In this document: positions 40,199 through 49,595 of the stretch, piece after piece
Layout of the letters: the number at the start of each line of letters is the position of its first letter
Position numbering within the stretch: position 1 is the stretch's first letter
DNA from: an uncultured Acidobacteriota bacterium
GTDB lineage: Bacteria; Acidobacteriota; Vicinamibacteria; Vicinamibacterales; UBA2999
DNA: 64,000 bases
Reading direction: 5' to 3'
Assembly (NCBI GenBank): GCA_963721715.1
Contig: CAVRKI010000004.1
Location: forward strand, 1,354,500 to 1,418,499
Program-made: the position numbers and the translations under genes
Notes under the pieces: model-generated
What the model saw: only the letters and a program-made list of their open reading frames with translations
The model's database searches: none
Told to the model about the DNA's origin: nothing

Positions 40199-41430
40199 AT
40201 GCGTCGAGCAGTCATCACTACAATCGTGTGCGTCGCGCTCGGAGCCAGCGTTGTGGCGCAGGCGCAGGCACCATCGTGGCCGCAGTGGCGAGGGGCCGCG
40301 CGCGATGGCGTGGCCACGTTCGATGCCCCGCGGACCTGGCCGGCGGCGCTGACGAAGGTGTGGGAGGCGCAGGTCGGCGTCGGCCATTCCTCGCCGGTCA
40401 TCGCCGGCGGCACGGTGGTGGTGCACACGCGCGAGGGCGCCCGCGAGATGGTGCGGGCGTTCGACCTGGTCACCGGTAAACGTCGGTGGCAGGAGGCCTA
40501 CGACGCGCCGTACCAGGTCAACCCCGCGGCTCAGCTCCATGGGCCCGGGCCGAAGTCCACGCCGGCCATCGCCGGCGGCCGCGTCTTCACGCTCGGCATC
40601 AGCGGGGTGCTCTCGGCCTTCGACCTCGAGAGCGGCAAGGTGCTGTGGCGCACGCCGGCCGCGCAGCCGCAGCCGATCTACGGCACCGCCACTTCGCCCA
40701 TCGTCGACGGTGATCGGGTGATCGCGTTCATGGGAGGACACGACAAGGGCGCGTTCACGGCGTTCGAGGCGGCGACGGGCACCGTGCGCTGGCGCTGGAG
40801 CGGCGATGGTCCCGGCTACGCCTCGCCGGTGGTCGCCGAGTTCGGCGGCACCAGGCAGTTCGTCACGCAGTCGCAGAACCGTCTCGTCGGGATCAGCGCC
40901 GCTGACGGCGCGCTGCTGTGGCAGGTGCCGCTGCGCACGAGCTTCGACCAGAACTCGGTGACGCCGCTGGTGGTGAACGGCCTCGTCATCTCGTCCGGCC
41001 TGGAGACGCCGACCATGGCCTATCGGGTGTCGCGCGACCGGCGTCGGGCTGGCAGGCTCAGGAGGCCTGGCGGAACGAGCAGGTGTCGCTGTACATGAGC
41101 TCGCCGGCTGCGACCGGGCAGGCGATCATCGGGCTCTCGCATCGCAATCGCGGGCAGTTCGTGGCGCTCGATCCGGCGACCGGCAAGATGCTGTGGAGCA
41201 CGCGGGGCCGCGAAGGCGACAATGCGTCGATCATCCGCGCCGGCGAGTGGCTGCTGCTCTCGACCACGAACAGCGAGCTCATCATCGCGCGGGCGCTGCC
41301 CGCCCGGCTGGAGGAGGTGAAGCGCTACGCGGTTGCCGACTCCCCCACCTGGGCGCATCCCGCGGTCGCCGGCCGCACGATTGTCGTAAAGGACGCCGAG
41401 CGAGTCATCGTATGGAAGGTGGAGGGCTGA
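40199..41430 (+). CDS. PQQ-binding-like beta-propeller exported protein; frameshift near 41036
   Basis: Signal peptide, WPQWRGAARDG, repeated S/T-P and D..G...W blades; C-terminus in ORF 40918-41430. Confidence 0.88.
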
Positions 41431-41434
41431 CAAC

Positions 41435-42709
41435 GTGCGACGTCTCCTGATGCTGTCACTCGCGGCCGTGATCTCCGGCTCGGCCATGCTGTCTGCGAAC
41501 TGGCCCGCCTGGCGCGGCCCCACCGCCGACGGCGTGAGCCCCGAGACCAACCTGCCGGTTCGCTGGAGCCCCACCGAGAACGTCGCCTGGAAGCTGGCGC
41601 TGCCGCAGTGGAGCGGCGCCACGCCGATCATCTGGGGCGACACCATCTTCCTGAACGTCGCCGAAGCCGATGGCCACAACCTGTCCCTGTGGGCCGTGCG
41701 GCGCACGAGCGGCGAGGTGCTCTGGAAGCGGCACCTCAGCGAGGGCAACCACAAGGAGCGCAAGCAGAACATGTCGTCGCCGTCGCCGGTGACGGACGGC
41801 ACACGGGTCTGGGTCTCGACCGGCACCGGCTTCATCCGCGCCTTCGACTTCGCCGGCAAGGAACTCTGGGTGCGCGACATCCAGAAGGACTACGGGCGCT
41901 TCGGGCTGAACTGGGGCTACGCCAACTCGCCGCTGCTGCTCGAGGGCGACCTGATCGTGCCGGTGCTGCACGGCATGAAGACGGACGACCCGTCCTACCT
42001 GCTGCGCATCGACGGCGCCACCGGGCAGACGAAGTGGAAGGTGGAGCGGCCGAACCGCGCGATTCGCGAGTCGCCCGACGCCTACACCACGCCGGCGCTG
42101 GTGCGCGTGGGCAAGGCCGCCGAGATCGTCATCACCGGCGCGGATGTCGTCACCGGCCACGACCCGGCCACGGGCAAGGAGCTGTGGCGCGCCGACGGGC
42201 TGAATCCGGACAACGATCCCGCCTACCGCATCGTCGCATCGCCGGTGGTGCACGGCGACATCGTGATTGCGCCGAGCCGGGAGCGGCCGATCCTGGCGAT
42301 CCGCGCGGGCGGGCGCGGCGACGTGACCACGTCGCACAAGCTGTGGGAGTTCGGGAACGGGCCCGACGTGCCGACACCGGTCACCGACGGCACCCATCTG
42401 TACGTGATCACCGATCGCGGGGTGGTCTACTGCCTGGATCTGAAGACCGGCAAGACCATCTACGGCCCGCAGCGCCTCGAGCCCGGCACCTACAGCTCGT
42501 CACCGGTGCTGGCCGACGGCAAGATCTACATCGCCAGCGAGGACGGCGTGTTCAGCGTCTTCCGCGCGGGGCCGAAGTTCGAGCTGCTGTCGGCGAACAG
42601 GATGGACGACTACACGCTCAGCTCCGTGGCCATCAAGGACGGACAACTCTTCCTCCGCACCGCCGGCTGGCTGTGGGCGGTGGGCAAGGCTTCAGGCTCC
42701 GGGCTCTAG
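41435..42709 (+). CDS. PQQ-binding-like beta-propeller exported protein
   Basis: Signal peptide, NWPAWRGP, SPSPVTDG, repeated D..TGK..W blades. Confidence 0.92.
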   Translation: MRRLLMLSLAAVISGSAMLSANWPAWRGPTADGVSPETNLPVRWSPTENVAWKLALPQWSGATPIIWGDTIFLNVAEADGHNLSLWAVRRTSGEVLWKRHLSEGNHKERKQNMSSPSPVTDGTRVWVSTGTGFIRAFDFAGKELWVRDIQKDYGRFGLNWGYANSPLLLEGDLIVPVLHGMKTDDPSYLLRIDGATGQTKWKVERPNRAIRESPDAYTTPALVRVGKAAEIVITGADVVTGHDPATGKELWRADGLNPDNDPAYRIVASPVVHGDIVIAPSRERPILAIRAGGRGDVTTSHKLWEFGNGPDVPTPVTDGTHLYVITDRGVVYCLDLKTGKTIYGPQRLEPGTYSSSPVLADGKIYIASEDGVFSVFRAGPKFELLSANRMDDYTLSSVAIKDGQLFLRTAGWLWAVGKASGSGL

Positions 42710-43155
42710 GCTTGCGGCCGGAAGTAGAGCACCATCCCCGCGCCGGCCGCGGCCATCAGCACGCCGGCGAAGAACAGCGGGTTGACCGCGGCCTTCGGCG
42801 GATGCAGGGCCATGGTCGTCAGCACGTTGATCACGGGTGCGCCGCCGAACACGATCGGCATCACGTAAGTGGGCAGCCCGCCGGCACGGAACGCAAAGAT
42901 GATGCAGACGGCGCCGATCGCGCCCAGCGCGCCCGCCATCGTCGCGGTCATGGTGCCGGTCGCATTGAAGTTGCGGAGTTCGCCCTGCGACGACAGGGCG
43001 ATGACGGGGACGACGACGCCGATCAGGAAGTAGGCGACACCGACGCAGAGCAGGGCTCGCAGGGGATTACCCAGCTCGACCTGCCCCTTGTGCAGCGACG
43101 CACCATACAGTCCCCACGACAACGCCGCCCCGAACGCGAGCATGATCCACGACAT
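42706..43155 (-). CDS. Small DMT/EamA-like membrane protein
   Basis: About 5 TM helices, SWGLYG..LHKGQ, VMPIVFGGAPVIN. Confidence 0.65.
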   Translation of the reverse strand: MSWIMLAFGAALSWGLYGASLHKGQVELGNPLRALLCVGVAYFLIGVVVPVIALSSQGELRNFNATGTMTATMAGALGAIGAVCIIFAFRAGGLPTYVMPIVFGGAPVINVLTTMALHPPKAAVNPLFFAGVLMAAAGAGMVLYFRPQA

Positions 43156-43307
43156 GAACAATCCTTTCAGAAGGCCTGGGCCATCCGCGACTCGCGAGTA
43201 GCGCCACGCGGAATACTGCCACGGTGACGGCGTGGCCGTCTTGCGGAAAGTTCAGGCGCCTCCGCTCGTCGCATCGGCTGAGCCGTGCGACGGCTCGCTC
43301 ATCGCCC

Positions 43308-46300
43308 TCAAAACCGGAGCCGCACGCCAATCTGCATCTGCCTCGCCGACGTCACGGTGTTGCGGATGCGTCCGAAGTTGCCCACCACCTGCTCGCCGTC
43401 GGCCGCCCCCGCGAACGCGATCAGGTTCGGGATGCCGAAGTTGGCGCGGTTGAACAGGTTGAACACCTCGATGCGCAGTTCGAGTCGGCTGTCCGAGCCG
43501 GCGATCGGCAGGCGGCTGTCCTTCGAGAACGCGAGGTCCACGGTGCGCAGATCCGGCCCGGTCAGGTCGCCGCGCCCGGTGTTGCCGAAGGTGCCTGCGG
43601 GCTGCAGCGCGAACGCCTGCGGATTGAACCATTGCGCCGGATCGCCGTTCACCGCAGTGTCTGGCCCGAAGCCGGGGGCGTAGCTCGCGCGGTCGCGGCC
43701 GATCCCGGGGCCCAGCGACGGTTGCCACTGTGAGCGCGAGCGGTTGTTCTGCACGAACACCGTCAGCGGGTAGCCGCTCCGCAGCGTCGCGATTCCGGCC
43801 ACGCGCCAGCCGGAGAGCAGCACCCCGCTCACACCGGTCAGGTCGCGTCCCCACGGCAGGTCCCACGTCCCGTTCAGCACCCAGTTGTGCTCGGTGTTGA
43901 AGTCCGATGGCCCGCGGTTGTAGTCGGGGATGTATTCAGGAAAGGCCGAGGTGGTGCCGTTGGTCGCGTCCGAAAAAAACGTGGACGCCTGCGTGGTGTC
44001 TTCGGAGTCGGCCCACGTGTAGGACGACTGGAACGACACGCCGTTCGACCAGCGGCGGCGCAGATCGACGATGAACGCGCGGTACCACGAGTCGCCGTCC
44101 GAGCTCTTCAACTCGATCGTCGTCCACGCCGTGTTCTGACGCGGCGTGCCTACGGGGAAGAACGGCAGGCCATCCGCGCCTGTCACCGGCATGGCGGTAT
44201 TGACGTCGTTGCTGCGCATCAAGTGCATCCCACGCGACCCGGCATAGCCGAGCGTGAGCGCGGTGCTGCCCCAGAACTCCCGCTGCAGATTGACGTTCCA
44301 GACGTGCACGGACGGCGTTTCCACGTCCCATTGCACCGGCCGGATCGACAGCCCCGAGGCACGTTCGAACGGCGGGTTCGGAAACGTCGGCGCCTGGTAG
44401 ACCACGCGAGGCGTCTGCGGGGGGTTGGTCACCGTGACGATCAGGTTCTGCGAGCTGTTGGTGGCGTAGTAGAGACCGTACCCGCCGCGGATCGAAGTGC
44501 TGCCATCACCCAGCACATCCCACGCCGCCCCTACCCGCGGAGAAAAATTGTTGTAATCGGCACCCTCGTACAACCGACCGGTGGTGGCGGTGCGATCCGT
44601 CAGGTTGACGAGCGCGGAATCACGGCCCTCCTGATCGATGGGCATCGTCATGAACTCCCACCGAAGGCCGGCATTCAGCGTCACCCGTGGATGGACGCGA
44701 AACTCGTCCTGCACGTACATCCCCGCCAGCCAGAACGGCCAGTCGCGCACGAAGGTCGCCTCCGGCGTCAGCCCGATGAAGCTGGTGGCGCGGTTCTCCA
44801 TGAACGCCCGCAGGTTCGCGAAGGCGTAGGTGCCCAGACTGAACGTCGGGTTCACCATGTCCTGCTGGTAGTGCTCGGCCAGCCCGCCGAACTTGACGAG
44901 GTGCCGCCCCCGGTTCCAGGCGGAATCGGCCTGCAGGCTGAACACCTGCTGCAGGAAGCGCACATCGGCGGAGCTCTGGGTGCCGAAGCGCTGGAGGCCG
45001 CCGACATCGATGTTGCCGATGTACTCGCGGCCGGGCACGAACGGCGGCAGCGCGGTGTTGGCTTCGACGGCCTGCCCCACGCGCGTCCGGCTGTAGCCGA
45101 CGCGGAACGTGCTGAACAGATTCGATGACAGCGCCTGCCGGTACTCGCCGGTGAAGAACTGGTTGCGCGACACGAAGTCGCGCGGGAACTGCGGGTAGTC
45201 CAGCGGCAGCCGCTGGCTCGCATCGTCGAAGGTGTAGCGCGCGAACAGCTGCGCGCCGGGCGCCACGTTGTAGTCGATGCGGCCCTGCAGGAAATCCTGA
45301 TCGAGCGTCTGGTCCACCTGGAAGCTGTAGAGCGCGGTGCCGTCGCCGAGGTTGGCGCCGTTCGGCATCGGGTACTCGTTCAGGTATGGCGCGACCGCGG
45401 GATTGACACCCACGTTGAGGAACGTCCCTGGCACGGCGGGGTTGGGCAGCAGCCCCTGACGCGCGTTGGCGTCGGGCACGCTGGAGGTGATGGTCCGTCC
45501 CAGGTTCTCGCGCAGGCCTTCGTAGCCAAGGAAGTAGAACAGTTTGTCCTGCCGCACCGGCCCGCCGACCGTGCCACCGAACTGGTTGCGGGTGAACGGC
45601 GGCTGATCCCCGACGTCGAAGTAGTTCTTCGCATCGAGCGCGTCATTGCGGTGGTACTCGAACGCGGTGCCGCGGACGGCGTTGGTCCCGGCTTTCGTCA
45701 ACACGTTGACCTGGCCGCCGGCCATGCGGCCGAACTCCGCGCTGTAGGCGTTGGTCTCGACCCGGAACTCCTGCACGGTATCCATCCCCAGCGCCGTCCC
45801 GGCCGCGCTCCCCGCCGGCCCGTTCGTCATGTCGTTCAGCAGCGTGCCGTCCAGCAGGTAGACGTTGGCGCGCGGGTCCTGGCCATTGACGCTCATCCCG
45901 AGCCCGTGCGCCACCACCGAGCCGCCATCGCGATGCGGGAACGGCACCACACCGGGCTGGAGATAGGCCAGGTCGGTGTAGTTGCGGCCGTTCAGCGGCA
46001 GTTGCTCGATCGCCCGAGCGTCCACGAGGTAGCTGAGCTCCCCGGCGCGCGTGTTCACCGTCGGTGTGTCCGCGGTGACGGTCAGCGCTTCGCTGAGGCC
46101 ACCCACTTCCATCGTGATGTCCACCGCCACGTTCTCGGCGATGGTCAGCGTGATGCCGCGGCGCACGAGCGGGCGAAATCCGGACAGCTCCGCGCGCAGT
46201 TCGTAATCGCCAGCCGGCAGCGACGGCAGCGCGTAGCGCCCCGCCGTATCCGACGTGGTCTGGCGCTCGAACCCGGTGTCGACCCGCCGGGCAGTGACCA

Positions 46301-46433
46301 CCACGCCGGGCAGCACGGCCCCGCTGGCGTCCTGCACCCTCCCGGAAAGATTGGCCGTGGTCTGGGCCGCCGCGGTCAACGGGGCGGCGATCAGGAGCGT
46401 AAGAAGGAGGAACCGGATTCGCGACGTCATCAT
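43308..46433 (-). CDS. TonB-dependent receptor with carboxypeptidase-regulatory-like N-domain (Oar-like)
   Basis: SGRVQDASGAVLPG, LPLNGRNY, QEFRVETNAYSAEFG, RNQFGG, NNFSPRVG, RQMQIGVRLRF. Confidence 0.95.
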   Translation of the reverse strand: MMTSRIRFLLLTLLIAAPLTAAAQTTANLSGRVQDASGAVLPGVVVTARRVDTGFERQTTSDTAGRYALPSLPAGDYELRAELSGFRPLVRRGITLTIAENVAVDITMEVGGLSEALTVTADTPTVNTRAGELSYLVDARAIEQLPLNGRNYTDLAYLQPGVVPFPHRDGGSVVAHGLGMSVNGQDPRANVYLLDGTLLNDMTNGPAGSAAGTALGMDTVQEFRVETNAYSAEFGRMAGGQVNVLTKAGTNAVRGTAFEYHRNDALDAKNYFDVGDQPPFTRNQFGGTVGGPVRQDKLFYFLGYEGLRENLGRTITSSVPDANARQGLLPNPAVPGTFLNVGVNPAVAPYLNEYPMPNGANLGDGTALYSFQVDQTLDQDFLQGRIDYNVAPGAQLFARYTFDDASQRLPLDYPQFPRDFVSRNQFFTGEYRQALSSNLFSTFRVGYSRTRVGQAVEANTALPPFVPGREYIGNIDVGGLQRFGTQSSADVRFLQQVFSLQADSAWNRGRHLVKFGGLAEHYQQDMVNPTFSLGTYAFANLRAFMENRATSFIGLTPEATFVRDWPFWLAGMYVQDEFRVHPRVTLNAGLRWEFMTMPIDQEGRDSALVNLTDRTATTGRLYEGADYNNFSPRVGAAWDVLGDGSTSIRGGYGLYYATNSSQNLIVTVTNPPQTPRVVYQAPTFPNPPFERASGLSIRPVQWDVETPSVHVWNVNLQREFWGSTALTLGYAGSRGMHLMRSNDVNTAMPVTGADGLPFFPVGTPRQNTAWTTIELKSSDGDSWYRAFIVDLRRRWSNGVSFQSSYTWADSEDTTQASTFFSDATNGTTSAFPEYIPDYNRGPSDFNTEHNWVLNGTWDLPWGRDLTGVSGVLLSGWRVAGIATLRSGYPLTVFVQNNRSRSQWQPSLGPGIGRDRASYAPGFGPDTAVNGDPAQWFNPQAFALQPAGTFGNTGRGDLTGPDLRTVDLAFSKDSRLPIAGSDSRLELRIEVFNLFNRANFGIPNLIAFAGAADGEQVVGNFGRIRNTVTSARQMQIGVRLRF

Positions 46434-46517
46434 GATGGGTCCTCGGTATACTACGCGCGACTCGCGGGGGTTGTTGCCTCCTGCCCTCAAGGTTTCTGCC
46501 ATTTGTCATCAACCGTG

Positions 46518-46552
46518 TCTGCCGGTTGCCGCCTGCCGGTTACCGTCTGCCC
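46518..46552. repeat. Heptamer repeat TCTGCCG-like (reverse complement of the 40121 family)
   Basis: TCTGCCG GTTGCCG CCTGCCG GTTACCG TCTGCCC. Confidence 0.55.
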
Positions 46553-46566
46553 TTCCCTGAGGTGAC

Positions 46567-47883
46567 ATGCCCCGCCTGACTCCCTTGCAGTGGCTCATCT
46601 GCGCCATCGCGGCGCTCGGCTTCGCGTTCGACATCTACGAAGTGCTGATGGCGCCGCTCGTTGTCGGCCCGGCCATCGGCGAGCTCACCGGCTTCAAGCC
46701 GGGAACGCCCGATTTCAACTTCTGGGTCGGCATGTTCTTCTGGGTGCCGGCCCTGGTCGGCGGTGCCTTCGGCCTGCTGGGCGGCTATCTGACGGACCGC
46801 TTCGGGCGCAGGCGCGTGCTGGTCTGGAGCATCCTGCTCTACGCGTTCTCGGCGATGGCGGCCGGCTACTCGACCAGCATCACCATGCTGCTCGTGCTGC
46901 GCTCCACCACCTACATCGGCGTCTTCGTCGAGTTCGTGGCGGCGGTCGCCTGGGTGGCGGAAATCTTCGACGACCCCAGGCAGCGTGAAGCCGCGCTCGG
47001 CTACACGCAGGCGTTCTCGTCGATCGGCGGCCTGATGGTCACCGGTGCCTACGCCATCGCGGTCACCTACTCACAGAGCTTCCCGGAAATTGCCGGCGGC
47101 CACTCACCCTGGCGCTACACGCTGATTTCGGGCGTCATCCCCGCGCTGCCGCTGATCATCATCCGTCCGTTCCTGCCGGAGTCGCCCGCCTGGCAGGCGA
47201 AGAAGGCTGCGGGCACGCTCAAGCGGCCGTCGCTGGCCGCGATCTTCACGCCGGAACTGCGGCGCACGACCATCGTCACCACCATCATGTTCGCGTGTGC
47301 CTACGGCGCCGCCTTCGGCGCCATCCAGCAGATGCCCCGCATCGTGCCCGGGCTCCCGGAGGTGCGGACGATGGCCCCGCCGCAGCAACAGCAGACGGCG
47401 GCGGGTGTGCAGGCCTATCAGGAAGTCGGCGGGCTGGTCGGACGTTTCGCGCTCGCCTACCTGGCGCTGCGCATCGTCTCGCGCCGGAAGCTGGTTCGCC
47501 TGTTCCAGGTGCCGGGCCTGGTGATCGTGCCGCTGGTGTTCGCCTACGCCGCCAACACCAGCCTGGACCTCACCCGATGGGGCATGTTCCTGGCGGGCTT
47601 TTTCACCGTGGCGCAATTCAGCTTCTGGGGGAACTACCTGCCGCGGGTCTATCCGACGCACCTCCGCGGCACCGGCGAAGGCTTCGCCGCCAACATCGGC
47701 GGCCGCATGCTCGGCACCGGCTTCGCCTTCATCACCACACAGCTGGTGAACGTGATGCCCGGGGCCACCCCCCAGATGAAGCTGGCCTACTCGGCGGCCG
47801 GGGTGGCCGCCTTCGTTTACGCCGCCGGGTTGGTCTGCTCGTACTTTCTGCCCGAGCCTCAAAGCGCTGAGTTGCCCGAGTAG
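46567..47883 (+). CDS. MFS transporter
   Basis: GFAFDIYE, GGYLTDRFGRRRVL, PESP, YPTHLRGTG; about 12 TM. Confidence 0.92.
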   Translation: MPRLTPLQWLICAIAALGFAFDIYEVLMAPLVVGPAIGELTGFKPGTPDFNFWVGMFFWVPALVGGAFGLLGGYLTDRFGRRRVLVWSILLYAFSAMAAGYSTSITMLLVLRSTTYIGVFVEFVAAVAWVAEIFDDPRQREAALGYTQAFSSIGGLMVTGAYAIAVTYSQSFPEIAGGHSPWRYTLISGVIPALPLIIIRPFLPESPAWQAKKAAGTLKRPSLAAIFTPELRRTTIVTTIMFACAYGAAFGAIQQMPRIVPGLPEVRTMAPPQQQQTAAGVQAYQEVGGLVGRFALAYLALRIVSRRKLVRLFQVPGLVIVPLVFAYAANTSLDLTRWGMFLAGFFTVAQFSFWGNYLPRVYPTHLRGTGEGFAANIGGRMLGTGFAFITTQLVNVMPGATPQMKLAYSAAGVAAFVYAAGLVCSYFLPEPQSAELPE

Positions 47884-47893
47884 AATCCGCGGA

Positions 47894-48553
47894 TCAATCC
47901 TGTGCGGCGCCGGTGAAGCGATCGTCTTCGTCGGCGAAGAGCACGTTGAAGCTGGTGAGCGATCCGTAGCAGCCAGTGATGTAGCTCTGGATCTTCACCT
48001 TCTGGTCGTCCGGCAGGTCCGACGCGTTCACCTGCTGTTCCAGCGTGCGCAGGCGGTTGCGCAGCATCACGACCTTGTGGAAGAAGGTCTCGATCGGCCA
48101 GCTCTTCTCCTGCAGGCCGGGTTTGCCGGGGCGCAGCACCAGCTCGCCACCTCTCCACTTCTCGGCCGGGGCGGCGGGCGTCAGGCCGGTCTCCTCGCGG
48201 ATGACGCGCCGGAGCAGGCTCTCGAGATCGCCGGTGCTGGTGTCGTGACTCATGGATGGATAGCGCCTTTCGCGCTCGCTGACGAGGGGCCAGACCTCCG
48301 AACGGGTCGGCTCGGAACGTGGCGACGATGGCCGATCGTCTCCGACGCTCGCCCGAAGACCGGACACCGGGGACCGGACACCGGAGACCGTGTTCCGCGG
48401 CCCCCCTCGATAGTTGTGTTCACTGCCGCAGTAATCGCAGCGCGCCCGGATGGGCTGGGCCTGGCCGTCGACTACGATCACCGTGTGCATGCGGTCTTCA
48501 TGACATTGCCGGCAATGATCTTCCACTGCCTGTCCGGCACGATACGCGCGCAT
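47894..48553 (-). CDS. Hypothetical protein: N-terminal zinc ribbon plus conserved-looking helical domain
   Basis: CRQC..CDYCGSEH; KWRGGELVL..FFHKVVMLR..YITGCYGSLTSFNVLF; TACAAT 6 nt before ATG. Confidence 0.75.
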   Translation of the reverse strand: MRAYRAGQAVEDHCRQCHEDRMHTVIVVDGQAQPIRARCDYCGSEHNYRGGPRNTVSGVRSPVSGLRASVGDDRPSSPRSEPTRSEVWPLVSERERRYPSMSHDTSTGDLESLLRRVIREETGLTPAAPAEKWRGGELVLRPGKPGLQEKSWPIETFFHKVVMLRNRLRTLEQQVNASDLPDDQKVKIQSYITGCYGSLTSFNVLFADEDDRFTGAAQD

Positions 48554-48614
48554 GGCGAAATTGTACATCCCGGGTGATTCCACGCCGGCTGCAATCGCGC
48601 TTACCATGGTCGTC

Positions 48615-49595
48615 ATGAGCTCGTACCTGCTGACCACCGCCGGCCTCGGCCTGGCGTTGACGATGGCCCTGCACGCGCAGGCGCCGGCCACGCCGGAGTC
48701 CAGGGCCGTGGCATTCCTGGCCAAGGCAGTGTCGGCGACGCAGATCGCCAACGGCTGTGCCTCATGTCATCACAACGGCGACGCCGCGCGCGCTCTGTTC
48801 ATGGCCGGTGCTCGAGGCCACGACTCGGGTGATGCACTGAAGAGCACGCTGACCTTCCTCAACACCCCTGCTGGCTGGAACGCAAACAAGACGCATCACG
48901 GCGAGGCCGACCTCGGCCTCGCCCGCCTGCAGTTTGCGGCGGCCCTGGCGGCGGCCGGCGAGAAGGACCTCAACCCGAGCCCCGCGCTGATTGCGGCCGC
49001 GACGCTGCTGATCGCGGACCAGAAACCGGACGGATCGTGGGCGCCGGTCGAGGCCACCGGCCTGGGCACGCCGCTCACCTACGGCACCACTGTCGCCACC
49101 TGGGTGGCTCGCTGGACGCTGATCGCATCCGGACGTCAGCCCGACGACTTCGCGGTGGCGCAGACCGATCGCTGGCTGCGCACCGTCGAAATCACCAACG
49201 TGTTCGACGCCGCCGGGGTGCTGCTGGGACTCGGCGTCACCTCGGACGTGATGGCGGACAAGCAGCGGGCGGCATCCCTGGGCACCATTCGCCGGGCGCA
49301 GCAGGAGGGCGGCGGCTGGGGGCCCGATGCGGACTCGCCCGCCACCGTGTTCGACACCGCGCTGGTGATGATCGCGCTGCATCAGCTCGAAAGCGACCCG
49401 CGGCTGGCGCGCTCCACCTACCGGGTCGAGGAACTGCGCGACGCGCTCGCCAAGGGCCGCGCCTATCTCGCCGCCCAGCAGGCGCCCGACGGCAGCTGGC
49501 CCGAGACCGTGCGGCCCGGGGCCAGGCCGAACGCCGCGCTTCGCGTATCGACGACAGGTTGGGCGCTGGTGGCGCTGCTTGGAGGCCCGAAATGA
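48615..49595 (+). CDS. Exported prenyltransferase/squalene-cyclase-repeat protein with CxxCH motif
   Basis: Signal peptide, CASCHH, QW-like repeats QKPDGSW, QQEGGGW, QAPDGSW; TACCAT 7 nt before ATG 48615. Confidence 0.72.
   Translation: MSSYLLTTAGLGLALTMALHAQAPATPESRAVAFLAKAVSATQIANGCASCHHNGDAARALFMAGARGHDSGDALKSTLTFLNTPAGWNANKTHHGEADLGLARLQFAAALAAAGEKDLNPSPALIAAATLLIADQKPDGSWAPVEATGLGTPLTYGTTVATWVARWTLIASGRQPDDFAVAQTDRWLRTVEITNVFDAAGVLLGLGVTSDVMADKQRAASLGTIRRAQQEGGGWGPDADSPATVFDTALVMIALHQLESDPRLARSTYRVEELRDALAKGRAYLAAQQAPDGSWPETVRPGARPNAALRVSTTGWALVALLGGPK

Noticed and set aside
31820-41045. Programmed frameshifting or phase variation as the cause of the split ORFs
   Set aside because: There are too many sites per gene, no shared slippery motif or long homopolymer, and unrelated genes such as fasciclin are affected. 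Sequencing error is the simpler explanation.
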